A stretch of DNA of 64,000 bases from Thermoplasmata archaeon (GTDB lineage Archaea; Thermoplasmatota; Thermoplasmata; RBG-16-68-12; JAFNFQ01), in assembly GCA_041489255.1 (NCBI GenBank), contig JBGPQV010000004.1:1-64000 (forward strand), read 5' to 3'. Position 1 is the stretch's first letter. Each line of letters begins with the position of its first letter. Shown in pieces: positions 47,594 through 58,500 of this stretch. The notes below the pieces were generated by a model that was not told where the DNA came from, did not search any database, and saw only the letters and a list, made by a program, of their open reading frames with translations. The position numbers and the translations under genes are program-made.

Positions 47594-48675
47594 GCAGGAT
47601 GGTCTCGGACTTCAAGGCATTCGGTCTTGCCTATCTGCGCAGCCGCACGGGGTTCTTCTTTGCGTTGATTTTCCCCGTCATCTTGATTCTGGTTTTTGGC
47701 GCGATCTTCAGCCAGACGGGCACGCAGAAGATCGACCTGCCAGTACAGGATCTCGACAATGGAACCTGGAGCCAAACCTACCTCGCCAAGCTGAACGCGA
47801 CCGGCGCGTTCACGATCGACATGATATCGCCCGATGTTGATTTCAATCGGTACATAAAGGACGAGCTGAAGGTCCTCGCGCTGCAAATCCCGTCCGGTTT
47901 CAATGAAAGCGTGAACAATGCGACAAGAGGTTACGGCCCACCTGCGACGATCATACTCAAGGGCGACCCGACGAATACCTACTTCACTGTCGGCATGGGC
48001 GTGGCGAACGCCGTCGCACTGCAGCTCAACTCCACTGTCGTCGCCATGGTGCAGACGGAGAACCTTGGTTCGCCCCAGTACACTTTCATCGATTTCTTCG
48101 TGCCAGGCATGATCGCTTTCACTGCGCTCACCACCCCGATGTTCTCAATGAGCACGATATGCTCCGAGTATCGGAACAGGGGTTTCTTCAAGCTCCTTGG
48201 ATCGACGCCGCTGAGGAAGTCTGAGTGGCTGACCGCGAAGATTCTTTGGTACACCGTCTTGATGCTCGCATCTATAGCGATAATGTATGTCGTTGGAATC
48301 GCTGCCTTCAACGCCCACTTCACCATCACGCCGATGGCGATACTCCTCGTCATCGTCGGTGTCTTTCTCTTCACATCATTCGGTATGTTCCTTGGCGTGT
48401 TCGTGAGCAATCCCGAGTCCGCCTCCGCCCTTGCGAACGCCATAGGCTTCCCGATGATGTTCCTGTCAGGCATTTTCTTCCAGCTCGAGTCGATGCCAGC
48501 TTACCTTCAATATATCGCGAAGGCGCTTCCCCTCACCTATCTCGCGGAGGGGCTCAGAGCGACGATGTCCCTCGGAAACGATGTGGTCGCGGCCACGGAC
48601 TTTGTGATCCTGCTGATCAGCGGGCTGATACTCTTCGTAATAGCTGCCCGGGCGATGTCCTGGAAGGGGAAGTAG
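47590..48675 (+). CDS. ABC-2 type exporter permease
   Basis: 1+5 TM layout with motifs FPMMFLSG.FF and LPLTY. The start overlaps the ATPase stop. Confidence 0.92.
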   Translation: MSRMVSDFKAFGLAYLRSRTGFFFALIFPVILILVFGAIFSQTGTQKIDLPVQDLDNGTWSQTYLAKLNATGAFTIDMISPDVDFNRYIKDELKVLALQIPSGFNESVNNATRGYGPPATIILKGDPTNTYFTVGMGVANAVALQLNSTVVAMVQTENLGSPQYTFIDFFVPGMIAFTALTTPMFSMSTICSEYRNRGFFKLLGSTPLRKSEWLTAKILWYTVLMLASIAIMYVVGIAAFNAHFTITPMAILLVIVGVFLFTSFGMFLGVFVSNPESASALANAIGFPMMFLSGIFFQLESMPAYLQYIAKALPLTYLAEGLRATMSLGNDVVAATDFVILLISGLILFVIAARAMSWKGK

Positions 48676-48730
48676 TGGCCGGGACAGATGCACTCAGGAT
48701 GCGATGGCGGGCGGGCCGCCTGAACCAGCT

Positions 48731-49291
48731 CTAGGCGGGGATCAGCTTGTAGGTCTTCCTCACACCCTTGCCGGACGGCGTCTCAGAGACGACGGTGACC
48801 GCCTTCGCTTCTTCCAGAATCCCGACGGTGCGCCATGCAGCATGATACGCTTTCCTTCGATCGCCGGGCTCGACCTCTAGGAGAAGCTCGACAACCTCAT
48901 CCAGCGAGAATTCCTTGTCGGTGAAGCGCTTGCGCAGCAGGTCGGCAAGTTCGCCCCTTCTCAGTCCCTTTCTCCGTTTCTTGTCGTCGACAGGCTCGGC
49001 GGGGACGGCCAGCGGAGGCGCAACCTCTTGGAACTCCGGCGCGGGCGGCGGCGAGAGGATCGTGTGGACCTGCTCTGGTTCCATCCTTGATCTCGCAACG
49101 GGCATGGCGGGGACGGCGCCGAGTATCTCGTCGAGGAGTCTGACCTCCTCCGTGAGAACAAGTTCCTGCCGCCTCAGCCTCTCCAGCTCGGCGGAGGTCG
49201 TGCTCATTTCCTTCTCCGTCGACAGGCGGCGGGCGATGAGCGCCTCCATGATCAGTTTGTCTCTTGCCTCTCGCTTCGAGTTGTCGTCCAT
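48731..49291 (-). CDS. Hypothetical coiled-coil, linker, winged-helix-like protein
   Basis: Heptad-rich N-terminus, Pro-rich linker, basic patch KKRRKG, three helices and a beta-hairpin ending KTYKL. Confidence 0.65.
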   Translation of the reverse strand: MDDNSKREARDKLIMEALIARRLSTEKEMSTTSAELERLRRQELVLTEEVRLLDEILGAVPAMPVARSRMEPEQVHTILSPPPAPEFQEVAPPLAVPAEPVDDKKRRKGLRRGELADLLRKRFTDKEFSLDEVVELLLEVEPGDRRKAYHAAWRTVGILEEAKAVTVVSETPSGKGVRKTYKLIPA

Positions 49292-49304
49292 GGTGATCTC
49301 TTCC

Positions 49305-49889
49305 TCAGCCCTCCGCCAACACGGTGTTCGCCTTTGCGGCGGGGCGATTTCCCGCCGCGGAGCTCTTCAGCACGAAAAGCCTGACAATGCCCTTGGGCAG
49401 CTTCCTGATTCCCGCCTGCTTCAGCTTCCCCTCCCGCAGCATATCGTTGCAGAGGTTCCAGGCCGCCTCGTAGGTGTGGGACACCTCCGGCTCCAGCTCG
49501 TCCAGGAGGTCTCTGACCTTCGAGACCTCGAATGGCTCGTCAGCGAACCTGGACTGGATGTGCGGGAACGTTACTGCCTTCAGTTTGTCGCGGGTGTATC
49601 CCCTCCTCTCGGGGGCGCGGGCTACCGCCTCCACTGGCCGGACCGCATCCTGCGGATGAGTGGGGGCAGCGAACGGCGCGGCAGTCGGGAGCGGCACCTG
49701 ACCGGGAGTTGTCCGCTCGGCCGGCGACGACTTGCCCTTCACGAGAGTGGAAAGCGTGCGAATCGCGAGTTGATGCTCCGCGAGATGTTCGTTCAAATCC
49801 TTCTGTCTGCTCCTATTCTTCTGCAGTTCAGCGTTCAGCTTCTCGCGATGTTCTCTCAGTGCCTTTGCTATAACTTCCTCGCGATACAT
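49305..49889 (-). CDS. Paralogous coiled-coil, linker, winged-helix-like protein
   Basis: RFADEPFEVSKVRDLLDELEP...YEAAW aligns with RFTDKEFSLDEVVELLLEVEP...YHAAW of the neighbouring gene. Confidence 0.65.
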   Translation of the reverse strand: MYREEVIAKALREHREKLNAELQKNRSRQKDLNEHLAEHQLAIRTLSTLVKGKSSPAERTTPGQVPLPTAAPFAAPTHPQDAVRPVEAVARAPERRGYTRDKLKAVTFPHIQSRFADEPFEVSKVRDLLDELEPEVSHTYEAAWNLCNDMLREGKLKQAGIRKLPKGIVRLFVLKSSAAGNRPAAKANTVLAEG

Positions 49890-50045
49890 CGCACGGCCGC
49901 TTGATGTGAAATCAGTGCTGGTATATGAACGTGCCATATTCGCGATTCCTTCGCGCTCGATGACTGGCGGTATCGGTCAGAGAGGAGGCGCGCCGCATCC
50001 GAAGTATTATCTCGCCGAAGGGGGATTCGGGAACGGGGGTCGAGC

Positions 50046-50735
50046 ATGAACTTGGTAGTCCTCTTTCTAGCCGACTCCGGTCCCGCGGTGACTTGGGGAG
50101 TCGCTCTCCCTGACGAGATCGCCGCAGAGTGCAAGGACCGGGAGATGGAAGTCGTGCACCTCGGCAAGAAGTCGCCTGACGTGGTTCTCAGGCTGCCGGA
50201 GGGGACGAAGGCATGGGAGACCCGGGTCGGGTTCGAGAAGGCGTGGCGGGCTGTGACAACCTCAAGCCCTGTATTCATAGCGCGATCTGCCAAGATGGTA
50301 GCGCAGTCCTATATTCTAGGCGAAGAGATCTACGGTTCTCTGGGAGTCCCCCAGAAGGGGGCCAGCGCAGGCCTGGTGTTCCTCGAGACAAGAGGGCTCG
50401 AGCAGGTGCTGGAAAGCGAGTGCGACAGGCTGCTGAAGGAACTGGGCACGGCGGGGGGGCAGGACCTGATTGCGAGGAGGCCAATCTCCCGGGGAGACAT
50501 ACTCGTGGTAAAGAAAGGCAAGGATGGGGAACCGCCATCATTCGCGCGGGTCGCCAGGATTATCCAGGAGTGCTATCGCTCGGTGCTGGAGAAGCCCATT
50601 CACGTCGCGGGGAGGAGCCTGAAGACACTCAAAGGGATTCGAGACGTGATCGAGGAGCATGCGCCGAAGATGCTCGCGGAGGTCGGCCAATCGCATGGAT
50701 TGCGCAAGGAGACGGAGAATGGCGGCCTCGCGTGA
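50046..50735 (+). CDS. Hypothetical protein
   Basis: 229-aa ORF with protein-like composition that fills the gap. No motif recognised. Confidence 0.55.
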   Translation: MNLVVLFLADSGPAVTWGVALPDEIAAECKDREMEVVHLGKKSPDVVLRLPEGTKAWETRVGFEKAWRAVTTSSPVFIARSAKMVAQSYILGEEIYGSLGVPQKGASAGLVFLETRGLEQVLESECDRLLKELGTAGGQDLIARRPISRGDILVVKKGKDGEPPSFARVARIIQECYRSVLEKPIHVAGRSLKTLKGIRDVIEEHAPKMLAEVGQSHGLRKETENGGLA

Positions 50736-50761
50736 CTCCTCGCGTGACTCCTCACGTGACT
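50726..50761. repeat. 12-bp tandem repeat x3
   Basis: CCTCGCGTGACT, CCTCGCGTGACT, CCTCACGTGACT. The first unit contains the upstream gene's stop codon. Confidence 0.9.
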
Positions 50762-50824
50762 GAGAATGGAGCGAAAAGCAATATATGCGGGTTGGCAGAT
50801 GGGGCACGACAGGGACTCGTTCAG

Positions 50825-51322
50825 ATGGAGACCGATTCCGGCGAAAGAACTCTGATGGTCATCAGACAGGTGAGGCTGAAGAACCTCAAGAATTACGTAA
50901 CCATGTTCGTCTTTCTCATCATCGCAGGATACCTCCAGTTCTTCAGGCCCTCGTTCCTGCCGGCGTACGACCTCCTCGACAGGTGGGACGTCTACTATCT
51001 CCTGGAGCTTCTTTTAGTCTTCATCGCATTCATCTCCGTGATAGTCGCCGAGGTCAAGAGGGTCAAACAGGAGTACCTGGTGACCAACCTCAGGATAATT
51101 GATTCGTACGGCATCCTGAAGAAAACCACTACGGTGATGATGGCGAATCAGGTCGAGCGGGTCTACAGCACCCAGGGGATTCTACAGAGGCTCCTGCGAT
51201 ACGGCGATGTCGTCGTGGACACGGGGGAAGACCAGGTCGTGCTGGAGGGTGTTCACAACCCGAAGAAGGTCGAGGGTGCGATAACCCAAGCGATGGCGTC
51301 GCGGCTGCCCAGCCGAAGGTAG
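50825..51322 (+). CDS. 2-TM membrane protein with a bacterial-PH (bPH_2) domain
   Basis: Y.VTN.RI...GIL.K...QGILQRLL.YGDV.V.T follows two TM segments. Confidence 0.8.
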   Translation: METDSGERTLMVIRQVRLKNLKNYVTMFVFLIIAGYLQFFRPSFLPAYDLLDRWDVYYLLELLLVFIAFISVIVAEVKRVKQEYLVTNLRIIDSYGILKKTTTVMMANQVERVYSTQGILQRLLRYGDVVVDTGEDQVVLEGVHNPKKVEGAITQAMASRLPSRR

Positions 51323-51401
51323 CGCGGGGAACCCAGCCAGACTAGACGCGGAAGGGAAAGCCTAAAATAAAGTCGCGGTGATGGCGGGGCGAGAGGGTGA
51401 C

Positions 51402-51647
51402 ATGAAGGCTTTCGTGACCGAACTAAAGGGAAAGACGGTGATGACCAAGGATGGGCAGATTCTCGGTATCCTCGACAATTTCATGATGAACACGAGGTCC
51501 GGCAAGCTGGAGACCATGCTGATAGCCCCGGCGGAGAACCTGGAGACGCGACTTTTCAAGGGGGATCAGGAGGGGCACGTGGTCCTCTCGATCAAGACGA
51601 TGAGGGCGGTCAAGGACGTAGTCGTGGTGGAGTACGAGCACGAATAG
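51402..51647 (+). CDS. PRC-barrel domain protein (possibly CdpB-like)
   Basis: L.GK.VMT.DG.ILG.LDN...T.SG.L...AVKDVVVV. Confidence 0.85.
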   Translation: MKAFVTELKGKTVMTKDGQILGILDNFMMNTRSGKLETMLIAPAENLETRLFKGDQEGHVVLSIKTMRAVKDVVVVEYEHE

Positions 51648-51674
51648 ATTGCTGAGCGGCAAATCGGGGGAGGG

Positions 51675-53024
51675 ATGATCATGAAGCTGACAGTCCATGG
51701 CGGAGCAGGCGAGATCGGCGGGAACAAGATTCTTCTGGAAGACGGGGACGCCCGGATATGGCTGGACATGGGGCTGCCCTTCGGGTTCGGGGAGAAATAC
51801 TTCGTCAACTACCTCGGGCCGCGCGACAGGTTCGGGCTGAGGGATTACCTCGAGTTCGACCTGGTTCCGCGGATAAAGGGCTTGTATTCGAAGGAGAGCC
51901 TTGAGGAGACGACATTTCCCTACTCAGCGCCAGAGTTCTCAGGGGTACTGCTCAGCCACGCGCACTTCGATCACTCGAGCATGCTCGGTTACGTCGACAA
52001 GGATATCCCCGTGCATCTGGGCGAGTGCACCCGCACGATACTGGAGGCGTGGGCGGCGACCTCATCCAGGGCTGATCTGGGTGAGCATGAATACAGGACA
52101 TTCAGGAGCAAGAGGAAGATCAAGATGGACGGCGTCGAAGCAATTCCGATCCATGTGGATCACTCAGTGCCCGCCGCCTACGGGTACGTTATCCATGGTC
52201 ACGGCGGGACAGCCGTCTACACGGGAGACCTCAGGCGCCACGGTCCTCACTCCGAGATGACGGCGGAGTTCATCGATGCTGCTCGCGCCGCCAGGCCGGA
52301 CGTGCTCCTTTGCGAAGGGACGAGGGTCGATCCGGTGGATGCGAGGGCCCCGTACTCCGAGAAAGACGTGAAGGACCTCAGCACCGAAGAGGTGAAGAAG
52401 GTCAAGGGCAAGCTTGCTGTCGTGACGTTCTACCCGCGCGACGTCGACCGCATGAGGACCTTCCACGAGGTGGCCCGTGCGACCGGAAGAGACTTCGCGC
52501 TATCGGCGAAGGCGGCCTATCTCTTGCTCTCTCTCGAGAAAGATGGCAGAATAAAGGTTCCGAGAGTGAGAACCGACAGCGGGCTCTTGGTCTATCTCCG
52601 GAGGCTCGCCAGACCCATCGCCTGGGAGGAAGAGCTGAGAGACAAGCTGGGTGACAGGATTGTCGGAGCAGATTATGTTAGGAAGCACCAGGGCGAGTTG
52701 TTGCTGCAGCTTGACTTCACTCATTTCACCGAGCTGATAGACATCGAGCCGAAGAGGGGAAGCATCTTCATCCACTCGATGAGCGAGCCGTTCGAGGAGG
52801 ACGATATCGAAGACGAAGTGAAGGACCGGTGGCTCAATCATTTCGGCCTCGTCGAGCACCAGCTCCACGCCAGTGGGCACCTCAGCAGGAAGGAGCTCGA
52901 GTCCATGGTGCGGGAGATAGGCGCGAAGAAGATCGTGCCGATCCACACCGACAAACCCGAGATGTTCAGGGACTTCGCCAGCGGGGTCATCGTGCCTGAG
53001 AAAGGCAAGACCATCTCGATCTAG
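51675..53024 (+). CDS. MBL-fold beta-CASP ribonuclease (RNase J-like)
   Basis: Motifs GGAGEIGGNK, SHAHFDH, DHS, YTGD.R.HG, CEGT, HASGH and PIHT. Confidence 0.88.
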   Translation: MIMKLTVHGGAGEIGGNKILLEDGDARIWLDMGLPFGFGEKYFVNYLGPRDRFGLRDYLEFDLVPRIKGLYSKESLEETTFPYSAPEFSGVLLSHAHFDHSSMLGYVDKDIPVHLGECTRTILEAWAATSSRADLGEHEYRTFRSKRKIKMDGVEAIPIHVDHSVPAAYGYVIHGHGGTAVYTGDLRRHGPHSEMTAEFIDAARAARPDVLLCEGTRVDPVDARAPYSEKDVKDLSTEEVKKVKGKLAVVTFYPRDVDRMRTFHEVARATGRDFALSAKAAYLLLSLEKDGRIKVPRVRTDSGLLVYLRRLARPIAWEEELRDKLGDRIVGADYVRKHQGELLLQLDFTHFTELIDIEPKRGSIFIHSMSEPFEEDDIEDEVKDRWLNHFGLVEHQLHASGHLSRKELESMVREIGAKKIVPIHTDKPEMFRDFASGVIVPEKGKTISI

Positions 53025-53677
53025 TGAATGACGAAGTAGAGGTCTACCGCTCCCTTGATCCCCAGTATGATGAACTGGACCGCCACCGCGGTGAGAAGCA
53101 GCCCCATGATTCTGGTGAAAGCATACATGCCCATCCGCCCCATCCGCCTGAACATCCCGTCCGATGATCGAAGTATGTAGAATGTGATGATCATGGTGGC
53201 GGCGATGGCGAGGAACACATCAGCCATTTTCAGGAGATCCAACTGCGGTTCCGCAGCATTGGTAATCAGGACAAGGACCGTCGTGATTGCACCGGGACCG
53301 GCCAGCATTGGTATGCCCATCGGGACGATGCCCACCGCTTCCTTCTCCAACGCCTCCTCGCGGTCTTGGACCGTCAACTGGCTCTTCGGCCGCTCTCCCT
53401 GGACCATCGAGAAACCGATCATGAAAAGCAGTATGCCGCCCGCGATGCGGAAGGCGGGTATGCTCGTGTTGAATAATATGAATATGTAGTTGCCCAACAG
53501 GCCAAACAGGATGAGAGTGCCAGATGCCGCGATGACCGCCCTTCTGATAGCGCGCATCCTAAGGTCCGGCGGGTAGTCCTTGGTCAGCACGACGAAGAAG
53601 CTCGCCGCCCCTATCGGGTTCACGATGGCGAATACAGCCCCGAAAGTGCTTAGGGCGAAGAGCAGCTCCTCGATCAT
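53021..53677 (-). CDS. marC: MarC family membrane protein
   Basis: Motifs FAIVNPIG, AFRIAGGILLF, P.GIPMLAGPGAIT and RIMGLLL.AVAVQ. Confidence 0.93.
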   Translation of the reverse strand: MIEELLFALSTFGAVFAIVNPIGAASFFVVLTKDYPPDLRMRAIRRAVIAASGTLILFGLLGNYIFILFNTSIPAFRIAGGILLFMIGFSMVQGERPKSQLTVQDREEALEKEAVGIVPMGIPMLAGPGAITTVLVLITNAAEPQLDLLKMADVFLAIAATMIITFYILRSSDGMFRRMGRMGMYAFTRIMGLLLTAVAVQFIILGIKGAVDLYFVIH

Positions 53678-53788
53678 CTTTGCATCCGCGTAACGCGGAG
53701 GCTATATGTATTTGTGGGGGGAGCCCGCCAGAATGATCGGTCAACGCCACCGCAATCCATTAAGTACATGGCGGGAAATCGCAGGCCG

Positions 53789-54730
53789 ATGAAATACTCC
53801 GTAAGGCTCATCACCATCGCAGAGAAGGAGAAGGTCTTCAAGAAGCTCAAGCCGAAGCTCTCCTATGACCGGAAAGCGAACCTCTTCGGCACCTGCATCA
53901 AGCTGTACACCAACGACAAGAACGTCAAGGAGTCGTGGGAGGACAACTTCTATGCGATCAGCGAGATGGTGAAGTCCCACGGGCGCGTCATCGCGTTTTA
54001 CGAGGATGGCAAGAAGCAGAGCGTCCTCTACGAACCTTATACCCATACCGCCATCCTCACAAATGTCGGCTACTATGGCTTTGTGAAGAGCATCGCGCTC
54101 GGCGTGGCGGGCGACATCCTGGAGGATCAGCACGAGATACACTCCGTGCACGGCGCTGCCATCGACGTCGACGGTCAGGGCGTCGGGATCATCGCGCCTT
54201 CAGGAGCGGGGAAGACCACCCATGTCTTCGGCCTCCTCCAGATGCCCCGGACGCGTTTCGTATCAGATGACTGGTACTTCGTCAGGATCTTCGGCGCAGA
54301 CCCCGTGGCATACTCATCGGAGAAGAACTCCTACATCCGCCAGGACATCGGCAACATTTGGCCTCAGTTCGCGGAGCTCGTGAGAAAGGTCAGGCTGGAC
54401 GAGCAAGGCCGGGCTGTCGCGGATGTTCGCTGGGTCGTGGGGAGGGAGCACTTCAGGGAGAGCACGACGATCAGGAAGCTCCTCCTGCTCAAGCGTGACA
54501 GGGCGGACAAGCGTATCGTGCGCGAACTCGACGGGGGTACGACCCTCCATTTCCTCGTTGACAACCACTTCTGCAACCCCCACCTGCTCGTCAATGATGC
54601 CAGGAAGCTAGCATTGAGGACAAGGTTCTTCAAGGAATTCCTGGGCCGGGTCGACTGCTTCATGGTCAACACGGTGCTGCCGCCAATGGACACTCAAGAG
54701 CGAATCAGGGGGATTGTCAGGGCCCGGTAG
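53789..54730 (+). CDS. HPr kinase/PEPCK-like P-loop protein
   Basis: HGAAID..G.G..I.APSGAGKTT followed by FVSDDW. Confidence 0.75.
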   Translation: MKYSVRLITIAEKEKVFKKLKPKLSYDRKANLFGTCIKLYTNDKNVKESWEDNFYAISEMVKSHGRVIAFYEDGKKQSVLYEPYTHTAILTNVGYYGFVKSIALGVAGDILEDQHEIHSVHGAAIDVDGQGVGIIAPSGAGKTTHVFGLLQMPRTRFVSDDWYFVRIFGADPVAYSSEKNSYIRQDIGNIWPQFAELVRKVRLDEQGRAVADVRWVVGREHFRESTTIRKLLLLKRDRADKRIVRELDGGTTLHFLVDNHFCNPHLLVNDARKLALRTRFFKEFLGRVDCFMVNTVLPPMDTQERIRGIVRAR

Positions 54731-54733
54731 GAC

Positions 54734-55492
54734 TCAGAGAGTCTCGAGCACCTTCCTCGCTGTCGTGATGTAACCGGTGTGGCCCAAGGCGGCGAATGCG
54801 GGTCTAGTCCCGGTCTCCTTGACCTCGATCTCTCGCTCGATGATCTCTGTCGTGCGGAAGTCGACGAACAGGAGCGTCCTCATCACCCTGACAGTCTCCT
54901 TGACCTGTTCCATCGTGGGCGAATATGAGCCTATGTGTCCGCAGGGCGCCAGCGCCTCCCACGCAACCGCCAGAGCCCGCCATGGTTCCGGCAGGTCCAA
55001 GACCACCGCCTTCGCGCCGCGCTCGGAGATCCCCGCATTGATGTCGGCGATCTTCAGCTCCAGCACGGGGGAAAGCCCCGCCCTCTCCACGTTCCTCCTC
55101 GCGATCTCCGCGAATTCCGCGCGGAGGTCATAGCTGACCACCCTGCCATTGGGACTGACCGCGCGGGCGAGCACGATCGTGAGCGCGCCTGACCCCGCAC
55201 CCCCTTCGACGACGAGATCGCCCGCCCCGATGTCGCACCTCTGCACGATCGACGCGCTGTCTTTGGCGGTGATTATCTGCGCACCGCGCTCCATGTGCTC
55301 CAGGTGGTCAAGCAGTGATGCCGACAGGACGAGAAACTTCCTGCCCGCGATATCGACACTCTTGCCGATGGCTGACGACAGCTTGGCGGAGTCGAGGACA
55401 CCCAGGCCATCGACCTTCAGCATACCCTCTCCGAGCCTGACGAGCCTCTTACCGCCGCGCTGGTCCATCAAGACAACGGAGTCCATGCTCAC
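54734..55492 (-). CDS. trmI: tRNA (adenine-N1)-methyltransferase
   Basis: Motifs RGAQII..KD, VEGGAGSGALT, LDLPEPW, YSPT.EQ and HTGYI. Confidence 0.93.
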   Translation of the reverse strand: MSMDSVVLMDQRGGKRLVRLGEGMLKVDGLGVLDSAKLSSAIGKSVDIAGRKFLVLSASLLDHLEHMERGAQIITAKDSASIVQRCDIGAGDLVVEGGAGSGALTIVLARAVSPNGRVVSYDLRAEFAEIARRNVERAGLSPVLELKIADINAGISERGAKAVVLDLPEPWRALAVAWEALAPCGHIGSYSPTMEQVKETVRVMRTLLFVDFRTTEIIEREIEVKETGTRPAFAALGHTGYITTARKVLETL

Positions 55493-55534
55493 CGCTGCAC
55501 CGAAGGGCGGCTCCCGTAATGAGGCTTGTGCCGC

Positions 55535-58500
55535 CTATGCCGCAGGCACTGCCCATTCCGTCGAGGAGCTCACATAGATCCAGTAGGCGAGGCCGGGCTG
55601 CATGACAGTCGTCGCCCAATCGGTAGGAGACAGTCTCTGCAGATAGTATGGTCCGGCATTCGGGTCGAAGACCTCGATTGCGCCGACCACCGGTCCAAGC
55701 GCCGCGCTGAGATCAGCGAGAGTGTAGGTCGCATTGAACGAGGGGAAGCTCAGGAGGTTCCATGCCCCGCCCTGCAGCTGGATGATCACGTTCTCGGCCA
55801 CGAGGCCGGCGACGGTCATCGTCCCGCCGCTGGTCATGTCGACCCAGTATGCTTGGTGGATGTCGAGGGCGGTGATGTCGTTGACCTGCCTCCCGACCTT
55901 GTAGCTCTTCCACTGATCCTGGTCTCTCGGGTCGTACGTCCTGACGTAGTCGAAGCCGAGCGTCTGGAACACCGCCGAGGGCTTGTAGTCCGCCTGCAGC
56001 AGGGGGAACGAGAGAAGCTGCTTCCCGCCGGCGCTCATCGTCCTGTAGAACTTCGCCGCCAGTTTCGTCGGCGGGCTATCGTACAGCGAAGAGTTGGCCT
56101 GCACGTAGTAGAAGTGGTTCTGGAATTCCCCGTGCCCTGCACCGGTGTCGGGCCATGTGTACGTCGGCGAGTGCGTTGCCGTAACCGTTGCTGCGATGTT
56201 ATATGGTCCGTTGATACTGTCCGCCTTCCAGACCTTGTAGAGCAGCACGTTGTTGACGCCGTTTCCGTCGTCGAAAGACCTGCCCCATGTCAGCGTGACA
56301 TCCTGGAATCCCGGACCGGTGAGCTCTGCCTTGACCATGACGGGCGGTGGCGGTGGCTTTGAGAGCGCCTGCGTCACGCATACGTCGACATAGTCGCCAC
56401 TGCCCCAGTTGTTCAGCTCGTCTTGGCCCCTTATCCAGAAGCGATGACAGGTGCCTGTGGCCCATCCCTGGACGGTCCAGTTTGCCCACACCCATGCAGT
56501 CTCGCTCGGGCTCCTGTCCACTCCGGTCAGGTTCATTGCCCACGCGTTCGACCAGTCCACCATGCTCGGATCGCTCACGCTCAGCGCGGTCGGTACAAGT
56601 TGCGCAGCGCTGATGTTATTATACCCTGTGGAGATATCATTGATGTCTGCCTTGATCCTGAACGCGGACGGGTACGTCCTGTTGTACGGGTTCGGTATTG
56701 TGGCCTGGTTGACCGTGATTGGCCCTTGGTTGTCGGGTGAAGTCTGCCACCCCGCGCAGTAGATTGCGAGATACACATCGTAGTTGACCTCGCCTGTCGG
56801 GGCGATATTCTCGTGCCAGACCTCGTAGACGCAACTCTTCGAGCCTATCGTCAGCGTGTCGGACATCTGGTGGCCTTTCGCGAATGCATCGGCCGTCACG
56901 TTCGTGCGGGTGCGCTCGGCCACGAAGCCGTCCGTGGACGACCAAGTCCACATGTTCGGGACTCCGAAGATGTTGCCCGCTTCCATGTAGGGTACCCAGA
57001 CTATGCCGTCCTCCGTGTATACCACGTTGAGGACGGGTCTCCTGTTATAGTTCGCATCGGACACGGCGACGCCCATCGGACCCTGTGGAGTCGAGAAGTC
57101 GGGACTCACACCAGGCGATGCCGCTGCCCGCGGCGCTGGGTAGACGAGTCCGGAGCCGAAGCTGCCGTCAGCAGTCAACACATAGAGCCGCTTGTCCAGA
57201 GCTCCCGCATCGTTCGTCACGGCAACGTAGATCTTGTTGCCCGATCCCTCGTTAGTCGAGACCGCCGCCGGGAACTGGATGTTGGTGGATCCTCCTGCGT
57301 CCCAGATGTTGATCGGGTTGCTCCAACCCTGATTCCATGCGGGACCGTCCCAAAGCGCCGCCGCGAGTCTCCTTCCCTGGCCTGAACTCTGCATCCTCCA
57401 ATAGAAGAACACCCACAGCACATCGTTCTGATCGACCATTCCGTTCGGGAAGAAGTAGAAGTTGGAGCTGCCCCTCGGAGCGATCAGATAGCACTGACTG
57501 GGCGCCGCGTAGCAGTCTCCCCAAGTGTCTCCACCGTCGAACGAGAACGCCGCGTGCGTCTGCACCGCGGTGGTCTGAGCGGATTGCGTGCTGACCATGT
57601 CGAGGTGCTCCCAGACCCATATCAATGTCCCGTTCGGCCCGCCTGCGTGGCGGAACAGCGGGAAGCTGACCCTGGCGCTGTTGTAGACGTTGCTCCCGTA
57701 GTTCTTCTCGATCGTCCTCAGCTGCCAAGTGTCGTACGGTGCGTCTGCAAACGCCATCCTCCCGTACGGCTTGCTCTCGGGGACGGATTCGGTCGGGTCC
57801 TGTCCCGTCCAGGTTAGCACGACGCGGCCCGCGAACGGACCCCAGTCGATGTAGAGAAGCCTGAGGTCGTTGGGGTAGTCGTTGGAATTGCTCACTTCGG
57901 TGAAGGTCCAAATGCCGGCAGGCTCGTGGTTCGCATCCAATGTGTTATTGGCTATCCAGACGTTCGTTCCGCCGTGCAGCAGGTCGAGCGGGTCGATTGG
58001 CGTTGTCTTCCTGTAAGCGATGAAGATGTGGTTCACGCCGCTGCTGTTGAACGTCAGCACCGACGGATCGAGCTCGTCTATCGGCTGATTCGTTATCCTC
58101 CTGGCGTATGGCAGGCGCTCGCCGAGCACCTCTACCTGGAGGCACAGGGAGCCCGAGTTCTTTGGCGTGGCTGTATCGTTGCCCGACTCCGCCTTGATGC
58201 AGAATGAGTAGAGGTCCGGTGGCGTCGACACCGACGCGCTGAATATGGCGAGGTCGTCCTTCGAGTCTCCCGGCTGGAAGTAGGCCACCGGCCAGTCGAA
58301 TGACACTCCGAGCGTTCCTGGGGCGTTGTGCGAGACGGAAATCGTGTCCTCGGCCGACCCGAAGTTCCTCACGATGAACGGAAGGCTGGCGGTACCGCCA
58401 GGCGCGACGCTCAATATCGTCGGGTAGTTCGACTCGATGTTGACCTGGTAGGTCTTCCTCGGGCCGACATCTGCTGAGAACACCAGTGCGAACTTCGCGG

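Noticed and set aside
50213-50824. N-terminal extension of the 369-aa ORF 50213-51322
   Set aside because: It overlaps 50046-50735 out of frame and is low complexity. Only the part from 50825 is PH-like.
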